Shown piece after piece: positions 9,942-18,191 of a DNA stretch of 64,000 nucleotides. Position numbers and translations under genes: made by a program. Below the pieces are notes generated by a model. The model did not search any database, was not told the origin of the DNA, and saw only the letters and a program-made list of their open reading frames with translations. Numbering within the stretch: position 1 is the first letter of the stretch; each line of letters begins with the position of its first letter. Source of the stretch: an uncultured Chitinophaga sp. (GTDB lineage: Bacteria > Bacteroidota > Bacteroidia > Chitinophagales > LD1); the NCBI GenBank assembly GCA_964631835.1, contig CAZWAD010000001.1, positions 114,216-178,215 of the forward strand. Direction: 5' to 3'.

Positions 9942-10913
9942 TTATTTGCCCTGCAGAATTCTTATCCGGTATTTTTTCCGGTCGCGGTTAGTAAGCTGTG
10001 CATCGCGCAGCCAGGGGTTCAGAATCTTGATATGCTTGTATTTCAAATCAAACTGGGCGGCAAAGTCAGCAATGCTGGCAATACTGCTATCCACGTCCAC
10101 CGTCTTAAACTCGTAGGGCTGGTAAAGGTCATTGGGTTTCAACTGAAAACCTGCACGCTGCGGGTTTGAAAAAATAATTTTCATCGCCAGCATGCGGAAC
10201 AGGTAGCGCGATGTTTCCTGGTTAAAGAACATTTCATAATAATTGTTTGTCTTCTGGTCTTTAATCCGCGCAGCCATGCCGGGTATTCCGAGATTGAAAG
10301 ACGCAGCTGCAATAGTCCAGTTGCCGAGCTTGTCGTGTGCTTCTTTCAGGTAATCGGCAGCCGCGGCTGTTGATTTTTCGAGGTTAAACCGCTCATCCAC
10401 CTCACCGGTTACTTCGAGGCCGTATCTTTTGGCTGTTTCTTTAATAAACTGCCAGTAACCAACCGCTCCGGCAGGAGAAATTTCATTTCTGAACCCGCTT
10501 TCAATTAGTGCCAGGTATTTGAAATCAGCGGGTATTCCTTTTTCCGCCAACCCTTTTTCCACCTCATCGAAATGCCTGTTCGCAAGACGCATGGCAGAAA
10601 TGGTGTTGGAGTGCCAGTAGGCGTTCAGCTGCAGTTCCCGGTCTAACCGCTCTTTTACATCAGGGTCTTCAAGGGGCACTCTTTCTCCGGCAAAAAACAA
10701 ATCGCCTTCAACAGTTACCGGTAAAACAATTTGTGTGGAATCAATGGCATAAATCCATTTCAATCCGGGGCATTCGTTTTGGGTTCGCTCGAAAATATTA
10801 ACGGGCGCCTTGCCCGGTGCTGCCAACCGCTGATAAACACGGGCAGAAGCAAACCCCAGCAAAACAAGAAACCCTGCCAGAACCGGAATAAGATATTTCG
10901 GAGATTTTATCAC
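9942..10913 (-). CDS. lytic transglycosylase domain protein (MltD-like)
   Basis: SLT catalytic region LIESGFRNEISPAGAVGYWQF. Confidence 0.85.
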   Translation of the reverse strand: MIKSPKYLIPVLAGFLVLLGFASARVYQRLAAPGKAPVNIFERTQNECPGLKWIYAIDSTQIVLPVTVEGDLFFAGERVPLEDPDVKERLDRELQLNAYWHSNTISAMRLANRHFDEVEKGLAEKGIPADFKYLALIESGFRNEISPAGAVGYWQFIKETAKRYGLEVTGEVDERFNLEKSTAAAADYLKEAHDKLGNWTIAAASFNLGIPGMAARIKDQKTNNYYEMFFNQETSRYLFRMLAMKIIFSNPQRAGFQLKPNDLYQPYEFKTVDVDSSIASIADFAAQFDLKYKHIKILNPWLRDAQLTNRDRKKYRIRILQGK

Positions 10914-11431
10914 CCGGCTGTTTTTTTAAAGACAGGAACAGAAGAACAGGCCTCGCCAAACATCACCGAGTGTGCAACTTTAGAAAGTTCGTTAGTAATT
11001 TGAACATAAGCCGCTTCAGGAACTTGTCTTTCTCCGCATCCCTTCACCACTACGCGCTGATTTTTAAACTCATTCATGTTGAGTTTTGCGAGGTTGCGGT
11101 AAAGAAAAATTTCGGGCGCATGCTCCGGAGTGCTGCAGGCAATATCTTTTGCATAGGGGGATAACCGGGCGCTTAATATCATATAAGCCCACATCGGAAC
11201 TATTGCTTCTGCCGAACAGAACACAACCGCATATTTGCCGGAAAACTTCTTCCAGTCGGTTTGCTTTACGGCTTCACGGAACTCGGCTTCGCGCAGCATG
11301 ATTCCTTTGAAGAGAAAATCTTTCATGTCAACAAGAGCAATTTCTTCAGGAGACGGAAAGTATTTTTCAAGTTCCAGAGTTATCAAACCGCTTTCGGCCA
11401 CCCGGTTTACTATGGGTTTTGTTATTTCCAT
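10910..11431 (-). CDS. conserved hypothetical protein (DUF2480-like)
   Basis: Start moved to MEITKPIVNRV at 11431. The family assignment is from memory of a Bacteroidota-specific family and is not verified. Confidence 0.55.
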   Translation of the reverse strand: MEITKPIVNRVAESGLITLELEKYFPSPEEIALVDMKDFLFKGIMLREAEFREAVKQTDWKKFSGKYAVVFCSAEAIVPMWAYMILSARLSPYAKDIACSTPEHAPEIFLYRNLAKLNMNEFKNQRVVVKGCGERQVPEAAYVQITNELSKVAHSVMFGEACSSVPVFKKTAG

Positions 11432-11471
11432 TCTTCGAAAATAATCAAGATTCACAGGACTTACCCGAAAC

Positions 11472-11508
11472 AACACAGCCCCGGACTAAAAAAGTGCGGG
11501 GCTGTGTT
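11472..11508 (-). terminator. 12-bp perfect hairpin downstream of the ppiD-like gene
   Basis: AACACAGCCCCG (11472..11483) is the reverse complement of CGGGGCTGTGTT (11497..11508). There is no clear U tract. Confidence 0.45.
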
Positions 11509-11527
11509 ATTTAAAAGTATAAAGTAA

Positions 11528-13654
11528 TCAGAAAAACTCAATCCGGTTGTCGTCAATATCCGCCAGTTTTTTATGTACCTCCTGAGCGTAGCGTGCTTTG
11601 TTTTGCAACTGCTGTTGTGTGGAGAACGCATAAAGCCGGTAGTCGGTTTGTTTGGGCGGCTCCTGTACGGAAATAGTTTGAACAACATACGTACCCGAGT
11701 TTGTTTTTACAGGTTTTGAAAGTTTTCCGGTGCTTGTTGCCAGGGCAGTGGCTACAACTTCCGGCTCATACGAGCCGGGGCTGCCGAACGTAACTCTTTC
11801 GGCAGTTGAAACCGTTGCTCCGAGTTTGGCGGCTAAGTCATCAATGGTTGACGCTTTAGCTTCCGTTATTTTTTTCGATAAAACCTCAAACTTTTTCTGC
11901 TGCACCACCAGCGGCTTAATGGTTTCGCGAACTGCATCGAGTTCCGGTAGTCCCTTAGCGCGAATCTGGTCGAGCATTACCACCACCAGTTTGCGGTCAA
12001 TGATAAACACCTGCGAAACCTGACCCTTCTTTGTTGCTTTACCGTAAATCCATTTTACGAGATCGCGCGAGGTGCCGATACCGGGAATGCTGAAATCTTC
12101 CTGGCGCACTGTTTCTACGGTTTTAATGTTATTCTTTTTACCGGCTTCTTTAAATTTAGTTTCGGTGCTGTTGTCGGTTGCGAAAGCAGCCGCTTTGGAG
12201 TAGATAGCGTTTGTAGTTTCGGTACCCGGAATAATTTCTCTTACAAATGATGAAATCAGTACACCGGGTTTTGAGGGTTTCTCTTCTATTACCCGGAAAA
12301 GACGAACACCCTCTCCCTCTACAGCCCGATATGTTTTTCCTTTAACTGCGCGGTAGAAAATAACATCGTTGTAGTCTTTTCCTTTTGTATCTTTCTTAAC
12401 CCAGCCTATGTTGCCCTGAATGGTTTTTCCCAAAGGGTCGTCAGAAAATTGCGAAGCCAGCAAGCCGAAATCCTGATGCAGGGAATCAATAAGGTTTTGA
12501 ACGCTGTCCATCAGGCGGTACTTTTCCTGAACCAGAGGGTCGCCTGACTGAAGGCCGGCAAAGCTGAAAACAATTTCCTGCACCCGCACCGAATCGGAAA
12601 TCATTTTGCGGTCGCTGATTTTTGACAGCTTAAGGTTATTGCCTTCTACATAAGGACCTACGATAGATTTTACAGGTAAAATGAAAAAAGAATCCTTTAC
12701 AGGCGAATACAATTTATCTTTCTCGTAATAAACTCCGTCATATTCTTCCGAGTTGCCGATTAAAAGGAGGGAGTCATCGGAGGGGGTTTCTGATTTTTCA
12801 AACTCGGCACGCTGCTTTTCGAGGTCGCTGATAATTTTAGCCGTATCGGCTGCCGATGCCGCAAGGTCGAATGCCACGTACTGGATTTTGCGGGTTTCTT
12901 CGTCCAGCTTATATTTTGCTTCATGCTCCTCTAAATATTTTTTCAAATCATCATCGCTTACTTTCACTTCTTCTTCCTTAACTCCATCGTAAGACAGTTG
13001 AACATACTTGAAGTCAACCGTTCGGGTTTGGTCGTTGTAAATCATTTCGCCCATCCAGGCGGGTACATAAAGCCCTTTTGTAATCAGGTTGTTGTATTTA
13101 ATCTGAAACTGGTTTTGTTTCAGCAGCGATTCAAACTTCAGCCATTGCCTGCGCACCACCCCGGCATCAACACCCTGGCGGGGAGCGTCTAACTGGTTGA
13201 TGTACGTTTTTACCAGTGTGGGGTCAAACTGACCGGTGTTGGGGTTTCGGAACTGCTGGTCGTTTTGAACATACTGCGAAGCGTTTTCGCCCATCATCAG
13301 CTCGGCTAATTCATCACCGGTAACATTTACACCGAGGCGGGCATAAACCTTATCGAAAAGAATATCGCTCACCATTTCGTTCCAGGTTTGGGTGCGCAGG
13401 TAGTTGCGCTGGTCTTCGCCCATGGACTGTCCGCGCATTTGTTCCTCGGCATTCTTTACATTTTCAGAATACTTTGTTTCAAAATCTTTGATATTGATTT
13501 CTTCACCGTTTACCTCGCCTACGGTTTCGTTTCTTCCGCGAAGCACGCTGCTTTGGGAGTTGGTAAAGTCCATAATGATGAACCCCACAATGGAAAGACC
13601 GATAAGGAATATCAGAAGACCCGAGCGTTCGCGAATTTTGCCTATTACTGCCAT
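11528..13654 (-). CDS. periplasmic chaperone / peptidylprolyl isomerase, PpiD-like
   Basis: N-terminal membrane anchor MAVIGKIRERSGLLIFLIG. The 708-aa protein has a SurA/PpiD-like layout. Confidence 0.85.
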   Translation of the reverse strand: MAVIGKIRERSGLLIFLIGLSIVGFIIMDFTNSQSSVLRGRNETVGEVNGEEINIKDFETKYSENVKNAEEQMRGQSMGEDQRNYLRTQTWNEMVSDILFDKVYARLGVNVTGDELAELMMGENASQYVQNDQQFRNPNTGQFDPTLVKTYINQLDAPRQGVDAGVVRRQWLKFESLLKQNQFQIKYNNLITKGLYVPAWMGEMIYNDQTRTVDFKYVQLSYDGVKEEEVKVSDDDLKKYLEEHEAKYKLDEETRKIQYVAFDLAASAADTAKIISDLEKQRAEFEKSETPSDDSLLLIGNSEEYDGVYYEKDKLYSPVKDSFFILPVKSIVGPYVEGNNLKLSKISDRKMISDSVRVQEIVFSFAGLQSGDPLVQEKYRLMDSVQNLIDSLHQDFGLLASQFSDDPLGKTIQGNIGWVKKDTKGKDYNDVIFYRAVKGKTYRAVEGEGVRLFRVIEEKPSKPGVLISSFVREIIPGTETTNAIYSKAAAFATDNSTETKFKEAGKKNNIKTVETVRQEDFSIPGIGTSRDLVKWIYGKATKKGQVSQVFIIDRKLVVVMLDQIRAKGLPELDAVRETIKPLVVQQKKFEVLSKKITEAKASTIDDLAAKLGATVSTAERVTFGSPGSYEPEVVATALATSTGKLSKPVKTNSGTYVVQTISVQEPPKQTDYRLYAFSTQQQLQNKARYAQEVHKKLADIDDNRIEFF

Positions 13655-13799
13655 TTGAAATTTAGAATTTAGAATTCAGAATCGGGGTAATACACACCGG
13701 CATTTACCGGATCGCATTCGCCCTGGTTTTTTAAGGACGGCAAATAAAACGAAAAAAGCGGAAACAGGAAGTTTAAAGAAAGCGCATAAACACAAAAAA

Positions 13800-15065
13800 T
13801 CAGGGTATGTTTTTTACCTGCAGGTTTACCAGTTCAATGCGTTTTCCGGTGGCTTTAAGAATTTTGATGCGGAACTGGCGGGTGTCAATTATGGTTCCTG
13901 ATTCGGGGATGTCTTCAAAGGCGCTGATGATGTAGCCTGACAGGGTGTTGTATTCGCCTTCGGGAATGCCGAGGTTGTATTCATGGTTCAGGTAGCTGAT
14001 TTCCTGCCGCCCCGACAGGATAAACTCGCGGTCGGATATTTTGCGTTCTGCAGGGTTTTCTTCATCGTGTTCGTCTTTTATTTCGCCAAAAATTTCTTCC
14101 ATTAAATCTTCGAGGGTAATAATGCCGGCCGTGCCTCCGTATTCGTCCACCACCCATGCCACGTTCTTTTTTTCGCGGATAAACTGAAGAATCAAATCGC
14201 GGGCGGTCATGTTTTCGGGCACCGCCTGCATGGTTCGGATAATGGGTTTGAGAGCTGCCGGTGATTTCAGAAGGTCGAAATGGTGCACGTAGCCCAGTAT
14301 TTTGTCAATGGTTTCGTCATAAATGATAATTCGCGACAGCCGGGTTTCAATAAACTTTTTGCGCAGCGCATCGAGCCCTTCGCTTATTTCAAGCGCCTGA
14401 ATTTCGGGGCGCGGAATCATGCAGTTGCGAACCTTTACTTCTTTAAGGTAAAGGGCTTTTTCAAACATTTCGGTATTCAGGTGGTCGGTTTCGTCCACCC
14501 CTTCGCCCTCGGTAATGGCGGTTTCTTTTACCAGGTATTCAAGGTCTTCTTTGGTAAAGGCCGGTTTGCTTTCTACCAGGTCGGTTCCTAAAATCAGTTT
14601 AATGATTCCGCGCGAAAGCCCGTGAAACAGGTTGGCAAACGGTTTTAGAGGTATGTAAAAAAGGTATTTGACCGGGTACGAAAACCACAGCAGTGTTTCA
14701 TCGGAATTAACGCGGAAAAGAATTTTGGGAATCAGGTCACCGAAAATGAGGATGATGAAAGTGGTAATAATGGTTTGGATAACCACCAGCGACACTTCAT
14801 CGGCAGGCATAAAAGCAAAGTGTTCGCGGGTAAGGTATCCGCTCAGCATGCTGCCAAAAATAACCAGCGAAATATTGAGCCCTACCAGCATGGTGCTTAT
14901 AAACTTGGAGGGTTTGTCGTTAAACTCTGAAATAATTTTTGCGCGTCCCGAGCCTTTTTCTTTCAGCAGTTCAACGCGCAGCTTATTAGCAGATAAAAAA
15001 GCAATTTCGATACCCGAAAAAAAGGCAATAAGCAGCAGCGAGATGAATACAACGAGTATTTCCAT
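13800..15065 (-). CDS. hemolysin-family protein (CNNM/DUF21 membrane domain + CBS pair + CorC_HlyC), GldE-like
   Basis: Four N-terminal TM helices, a CBS-like middle region, and a C-terminal CorC/HlyC-like region. Confidence 0.85.
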   Translation of the reverse strand: MEILVVFISLLLIAFFSGIEIAFLSANKLRVELLKEKGSGRAKIISEFNDKPSKFISTMLVGLNISLVIFGSMLSGYLTREHFAFMPADEVSLVVIQTIITTFIILIFGDLIPKILFRVNSDETLLWFSYPVKYLFYIPLKPFANLFHGLSRGIIKLILGTDLVESKPAFTKEDLEYLVKETAITEGEGVDETDHLNTEMFEKALYLKEVKVRNCMIPRPEIQALEISEGLDALRKKFIETRLSRIIIYDETIDKILGYVHHFDLLKSPAALKPIIRTMQAVPENMTARDLILQFIREKKNVAWVVDEYGGTAGIITLEDLMEEIFGEIKDEHDEENPAERKISDREFILSGRQEISYLNHEYNLGIPEGEYNTLSGYIISAFEDIPESGTIIDTRQFRIKILKATGKRIELVNLQVKNIP

Positions 15066-15153
15066 TGATTTCGGAAGATAGCAAAAGGCAAATAAAAGCG
15101 AAAATTAGTTGCGGTTATGACTAAGCGCTGCGAACAAATGCAGGATAATCTGC

Positions 15154-15912
15154 TTACATTTTAAAAAACCACACATAAACCGTAAGCCCCGATACAAGGC
15201 TCACAATTATCTTTTTCATCCACACCTCGTTTACCGATACGCTCCACCGGCTGGTAAGCCAGCCGCCAAGCGAAGTGCCCGCGCTCATCACCAGTGCATA
15301 GTGCCAGTGCACATTTCCTTTCCATAAAAAAACCGCCAGCGCGGCAAAGGTGTAAATGAAGGTGATGAACACTTTGTAGTAATTGGTTTTATGAATATCG
15401 AAATGATGAAGCAGCAGCATGGGCGCCATCAGAAAAAAACCGGAGCCCGCCTGAATAAACCCGCCATAAACACCAATGAATATGTATAACACCACACCGG
15501 CTATCTTATCTTTCAATGTAACCCGTTCTTCACCCGTGTTTTTTGCTTTAAGCGGGTTGATGACGGTGATGACCAGAAAGAACAACATAACGCCCAGCAA
15601 TATTTTGTTGAATACATCGGCAGGAATTTTTACCGCCAGCAGCGCGCCCGCCACCGCACCGGGTATAGCCGCCAGCGCCAGCCACCATTTGTAGCTGTCG
15701 CCTTTTATGCCTTTGCTCTCGAAGCCGCGCACCGAAAAAAAGCTCTGGAAAATAATAGGTATGCGGTTGGTAGCGTTGGCTTCGGCAGGCGATAGCCCCG
15801 CAAACATAAATGCCGACAGCGACACCAGCGAGCCCGCAGCCGATATGGTATTGATAAACGCCACCGCCATGCCCGCCACAAAAAGGATAACCATGTTGAG
15901 CACCTCCATCAA
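15154..15912 (-). CDS. sulfite exporter TauE/SafE family membrane protein
   Basis: Polytopic 252-aa membrane protein with the TauE-type internal duplication pattern. Confidence 0.8.
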   Translation of the reverse strand: MMEVLNMVILFVAGMAVAFINTISAAGSLVSLSAFMFAGLSPAEANATNRIPIIFQSFFSVRGFESKGIKGDSYKWWLALAAIPGAVAGALLAVKIPADVFNKILLGVMLFFLVITVINPLKAKNTGEERVTLKDKIAGVVLYIFIGVYGGFIQAGSGFFLMAPMLLLHHFDIHKTNYYKVFITFIYTFAALAVFLWKGNVHWHYALVMSAGTSLGGWLTSRWSVSVNEVWMKKIIVSLVSGLTVYVWFFKM

Positions 15913-15944
15913 GGTGGTTTTTTATTTTTAGGAGAGAAACAAAT

Positions 15945-16214
15945 TTATCCGGGATAATACTTGTAAATATCTTTTCTGTTCAGAAACCTTTCAAAGATGG
16001 CTACGTGGTTCTCAATTCTTAAGCCCACCCGGTACTCTCCAATCCTTATGCGGTAATGATTTTTAAACCCCTGCAGCTTTTTCAAATTTCTGATTTCGGT
16101 GCTGTTGGCGGCACTTATCACTTGTTCGATGCAGGCAGCTACTTGCCTGATAAGTTTTTTGTTATGGATTTTGTCGGTATCTTTTTCAAAACTCTTATCA
16201 ATCAGCAGCTTCAT
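15945..16214 (-). CDS. type II toxin, RelE/ParE family
   Basis: 89 aa. The C-terminal YRIRIGEYRVGLRIENHVAIFERFLNRKDIY matches the RelE/ParE fold signature. Confidence 0.8.
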   Translation of the reverse strand: MKLLIDKSFEKDTDKIHNKKLIRQVAACIEQVISAANSTEIRNLKKLQGFKNHYRIRIGEYRVGLRIENHVAIFERFLNRKDIYKYYPG

Positions 16215-16411
16215 CCTTTCTTTAATTTGGCGAGGTAAGCTTTGGTGTTAACGTATTCACCGGTGCGGCCGGTTTTCATAGCGTTGGCAAGAGCTATGTC
16301 TTCAATAAATTCATTATTGATAAAGGCGGTTTTCAGGCCCACCTTTTTTGCCAGCTCGGCAAACATGGCCATGTCTTTTTTTGATTTGCTTTGCACCAGT
16401 AGAGTTTCCAT
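16211..16411 (-). CDS. putative cognate antitoxin
   Basis: A 66-aa ORF immediately upstream of the toxin, overlapping it by 4 bp. Confidence 0.6.
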   Translation of the reverse strand: METLLVQSKSKKDMAMFAELAKKVGLKTAFINNEFIEDIALANAMKTGRTGEYVNTKAYLAKLKKG

Positions 16412-16457
16412 GCTATTTCTTTTGTTACAAATATAAGCTAAACCCCAAACCCCCGCA

Positions 16458-16516
16458 CTATTTGCACAGGGTTGTCCCGCTAAAAAAGCGGGATAAAGTC
16501 CGGTTTGTTATTTTTA
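16458..16516 (+). repeat. copy A of a dispersed boundary repeat (CTATTTGCRCAGGGTT...GGTTTGTTATTTTTA) with an internal GTCCCGC-N7-GCGGGAT hairpin
   Basis: Both ends are shared with 17557..17594 and 18121..18158. The middle section carries an extra hairpin. Confidence 0.8.
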
Positions 16517-16553
16517 ATCCAATGTTGGCGAGGACGCCAACATGAAACACAAA

Positions 16554-16928
16554 TTACCCCTTCTTTATCATTTCGCGAAGCACATTGTTTTCGGTGCGAA
16601 GTTTCAAAAGCTCTTCATCTTTTAGTTTCATCTCGGTTTTCAATGCATCGAGCTCGCTGCGGGCAGCTTCCAAATCGGTTACGGGTACCTGCGGCACCGG
16701 TGGAACGGGGTAGAAATATTTCAGCAAATCGGTTTGCAGCACTTTGCCTGTAAGCAGCAGCTCGGCTATGCTCCAGTTGCGTCTTTTCAGCATCATGGTT
16801 ACGGTGGAGGTATGCCACCCGTTGACCCTTCCCAGCCTGCGGTGGGTAATTCGTTTTTCTTTCATCAGCTTACGGACAATTTCGCCAATGTGCGGCAGGT
16901 CTTTTTCCAATTGCGCTCTCTTTTTCAT
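16554..16928 (-). CDS. small DNA-binding protein: N-terminal HTH plus C-terminal coiled coil
   Basis: IGEIVRKLMKEKRITHRRLGRV....STVTMMLKRRNWSIAELLL..KVLQTDLLKYF is an XRE-like HTH pattern common in Bacteroidota. The C-terminus has a heptad-like EL..L..E.KLKDEELLKLR. Confidence 0.6.
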   Translation of the reverse strand: MKKRAQLEKDLPHIGEIVRKLMKEKRITHRRLGRVNGWHTSTVTMMLKRRNWSIAELLLTGKVLQTDLLKYFYPVPPVPQVPVTDLEAARSELDALKTEMKLKDEELLKLRTENNVLREMIKKG

Positions 16929-16960
16929 CTGTATGTATTTGATTTTTATCGGTCAGCTGG

Positions 16961-17009
16961 AATGCCCATGATATTCATTTTCTGCAGGTGATTTTGAATC
17001 ATGGGCATT
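16961..17009. repeat. hairpin repeat, AATGCYCATGAT family (copy 1)
   Basis: AATGCCCATGAT (16961..16972) is the perfect reverse complement of ATCATGGGCATT (16998..17009). Confidence 0.85.
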
Positions 17010-17483
17010 TCATGGTTTAGTTATGGTTATAGTTATTTGAATAAAACCCGATGCCTTTTGAATGATAATGGATGTTTTATGAATGACTTAAGATGTTTGT
17101 TTGTTAACTTCAGATAAGCGTTAAAGCTATTTTACTTACTACTAAATTAAAAAAACATTCGATTGAATCACCAGATACCTTCATTGAATTGATATAACAC
17201 CTCATTGAACTATACCGAAACACCTTTGAATAAAACTACACCCTTAGTTTTGATGATTCAATCACACTAATTGGTGATTCAATCACATATTTTGATGATT
17301 CTATTTAATACTTTGATGATTTAATCTCACTTTTTGGTGATTTTATCACACAATTTGATGACTCTATATCATCAAATTTTTATTCAGTAAATATAAAAAG
17401 TTATTCAATCCCATCTTTTGATTATTCAATCCCATCTATTGGTTATTCAATCCCACATTTTGATGATTCTATCACATCAAAAT
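16995..17483. repeat. array of roughly 20 motifs phased at exactly 21 bp (TTTGA / TGATTCAATCA cores), iteron- or operator-like
   Basis: Core starts are at 17254, 17275, 17296, 17317, 17338, 17359, 17380, 17401, 17422, 17443 and 17464. ATTGAA-type cores are at 17162, 17183, 17204 and 17225. TGAAT-type cores are at 17038, 17059 and 17080. No ORF covers the region. Confidence 0.85.
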
Positions 17484-17556
17484 GCAGTTCAACTAAGGTT
17501 TGGAACAGTTCAAGACGGGTGAGGGGGTTTTCAGTCCTAAAGGCCAAAGCCAGAGT

Positions 17557-17594
17557 GCTATTTGCGCAGGGTTAGGGAGGTTTGTTATTTTTAG
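17557..17594 (+). repeat. copy B of the boundary repeat (38 nt)
   Basis: GCTATTTGCGCAGGGTTAGGGAGGTTTGTTATTTTTAG matches copy C at 37 of 38 positions. Confidence 0.9.
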
Positions 17595-17620
17595 AAAGGG
17601 AAAGGAAAGTAGAAAATAGA

Positions 17621-18100
17621 TGTCATTGCGATTGCGAGCAGAGCGAAGCAACCTTATCTGCGACCGAAGCAAACTTCAACTTTGTTTTTATTTCCTTTCG
17701 ATACTCGATGGCGAATGCTACCAACGTAGGTTTAATAAGCACTGAATACTTTGTTTACATCTTAACAAACAAAGGGAATAATGTTCTTTATACAGGCGTT
17801 ACAAGTGATTTGCAAAACCGGTGCGAAGAGCATATCCATAAAAAACATCCGAATAGTTTTACAGCAAGATACAACGTAAACAAATTAGTTTACTATGAAC
17901 GATTTGGCAGTATTGAAGATGCTATTGCAAGAGAAAAGCAAATTAAAGGCGGAAGCAGGCAAAAGAAAATTGATTTGATTGTAAAAATGAATCCGTTCTG
18001 GAATGATTTATACGAAACAAAAATTATTAACTGGAATACAGAATAACAAAGTGGAAGGTTGCTTCGTCAGCGTGCAAAGCCACGCTTCCTCGCAATGACA
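17621..18100 (+). mobile_element. GIY-YIG cassette bounded by imperfect inverted repeats
   Basis: TGTCATTGCGA (17621..17631) pairs with TCGCAATGACA (18090..18100). CGAAGCAACCTT (17644..17655) pairs with AAGGTTGCTTCG (18055..18066). Confidence 0.7.
17708..18046 (+). CDS. GIY-YIG nuclease family protein
   Basis: Start moved to MANATNV at 17708. Motifs are YFVYILTNKGNNVLYTGVTSDL (GIY..YxG), R..EH and E..IKG.SR.KK. Confidence 0.85.
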   Translation: MANATNVGLISTEYFVYILTNKGNNVLYTGVTSDLQNRCEEHIHKKHPNSFTARYNVNKLVYYERFGSIEDAIAREKQIKGGSRQKKIDLIVKMNPFWNDLYETKIINWNTE

Positions 18101-18120
18101 AATCTAATCGCACAATCGCG

Positions 18121-18158
18121 GCTATTTGCGCAGGGTTGGGGAGGTTTGTTATTTTTAG
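18121..18158 (+). repeat. copy C of the boundary repeat (38 nt)
   Basis: Direct repeat of 17557..17594, lying 564 bp downstream of it. Confidence 0.9.
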
Positions 18159-18191
18159 ACTTCAAATTGGATTCAAAGAACCCAATAATCT

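Noticed and set aside
9622-10169. Tracked ORFs 9622..9849 (minus) and 9735..10169 (plus), which overlap the tRNA-Phe region.
   Set aside because: They overlap a well-formed tRNA and the 3' end of the lytic transglycosylase gene. Their translations have no motifs.
16995-17483. Could the 21-bp array at 17 kb, or the 20-21-bp tandem array at 56241..56470, be a CRISPR array?
   Set aside because: The units abut each other without unique spacers and are too short and too degenerate. No cas genes or leader are present.
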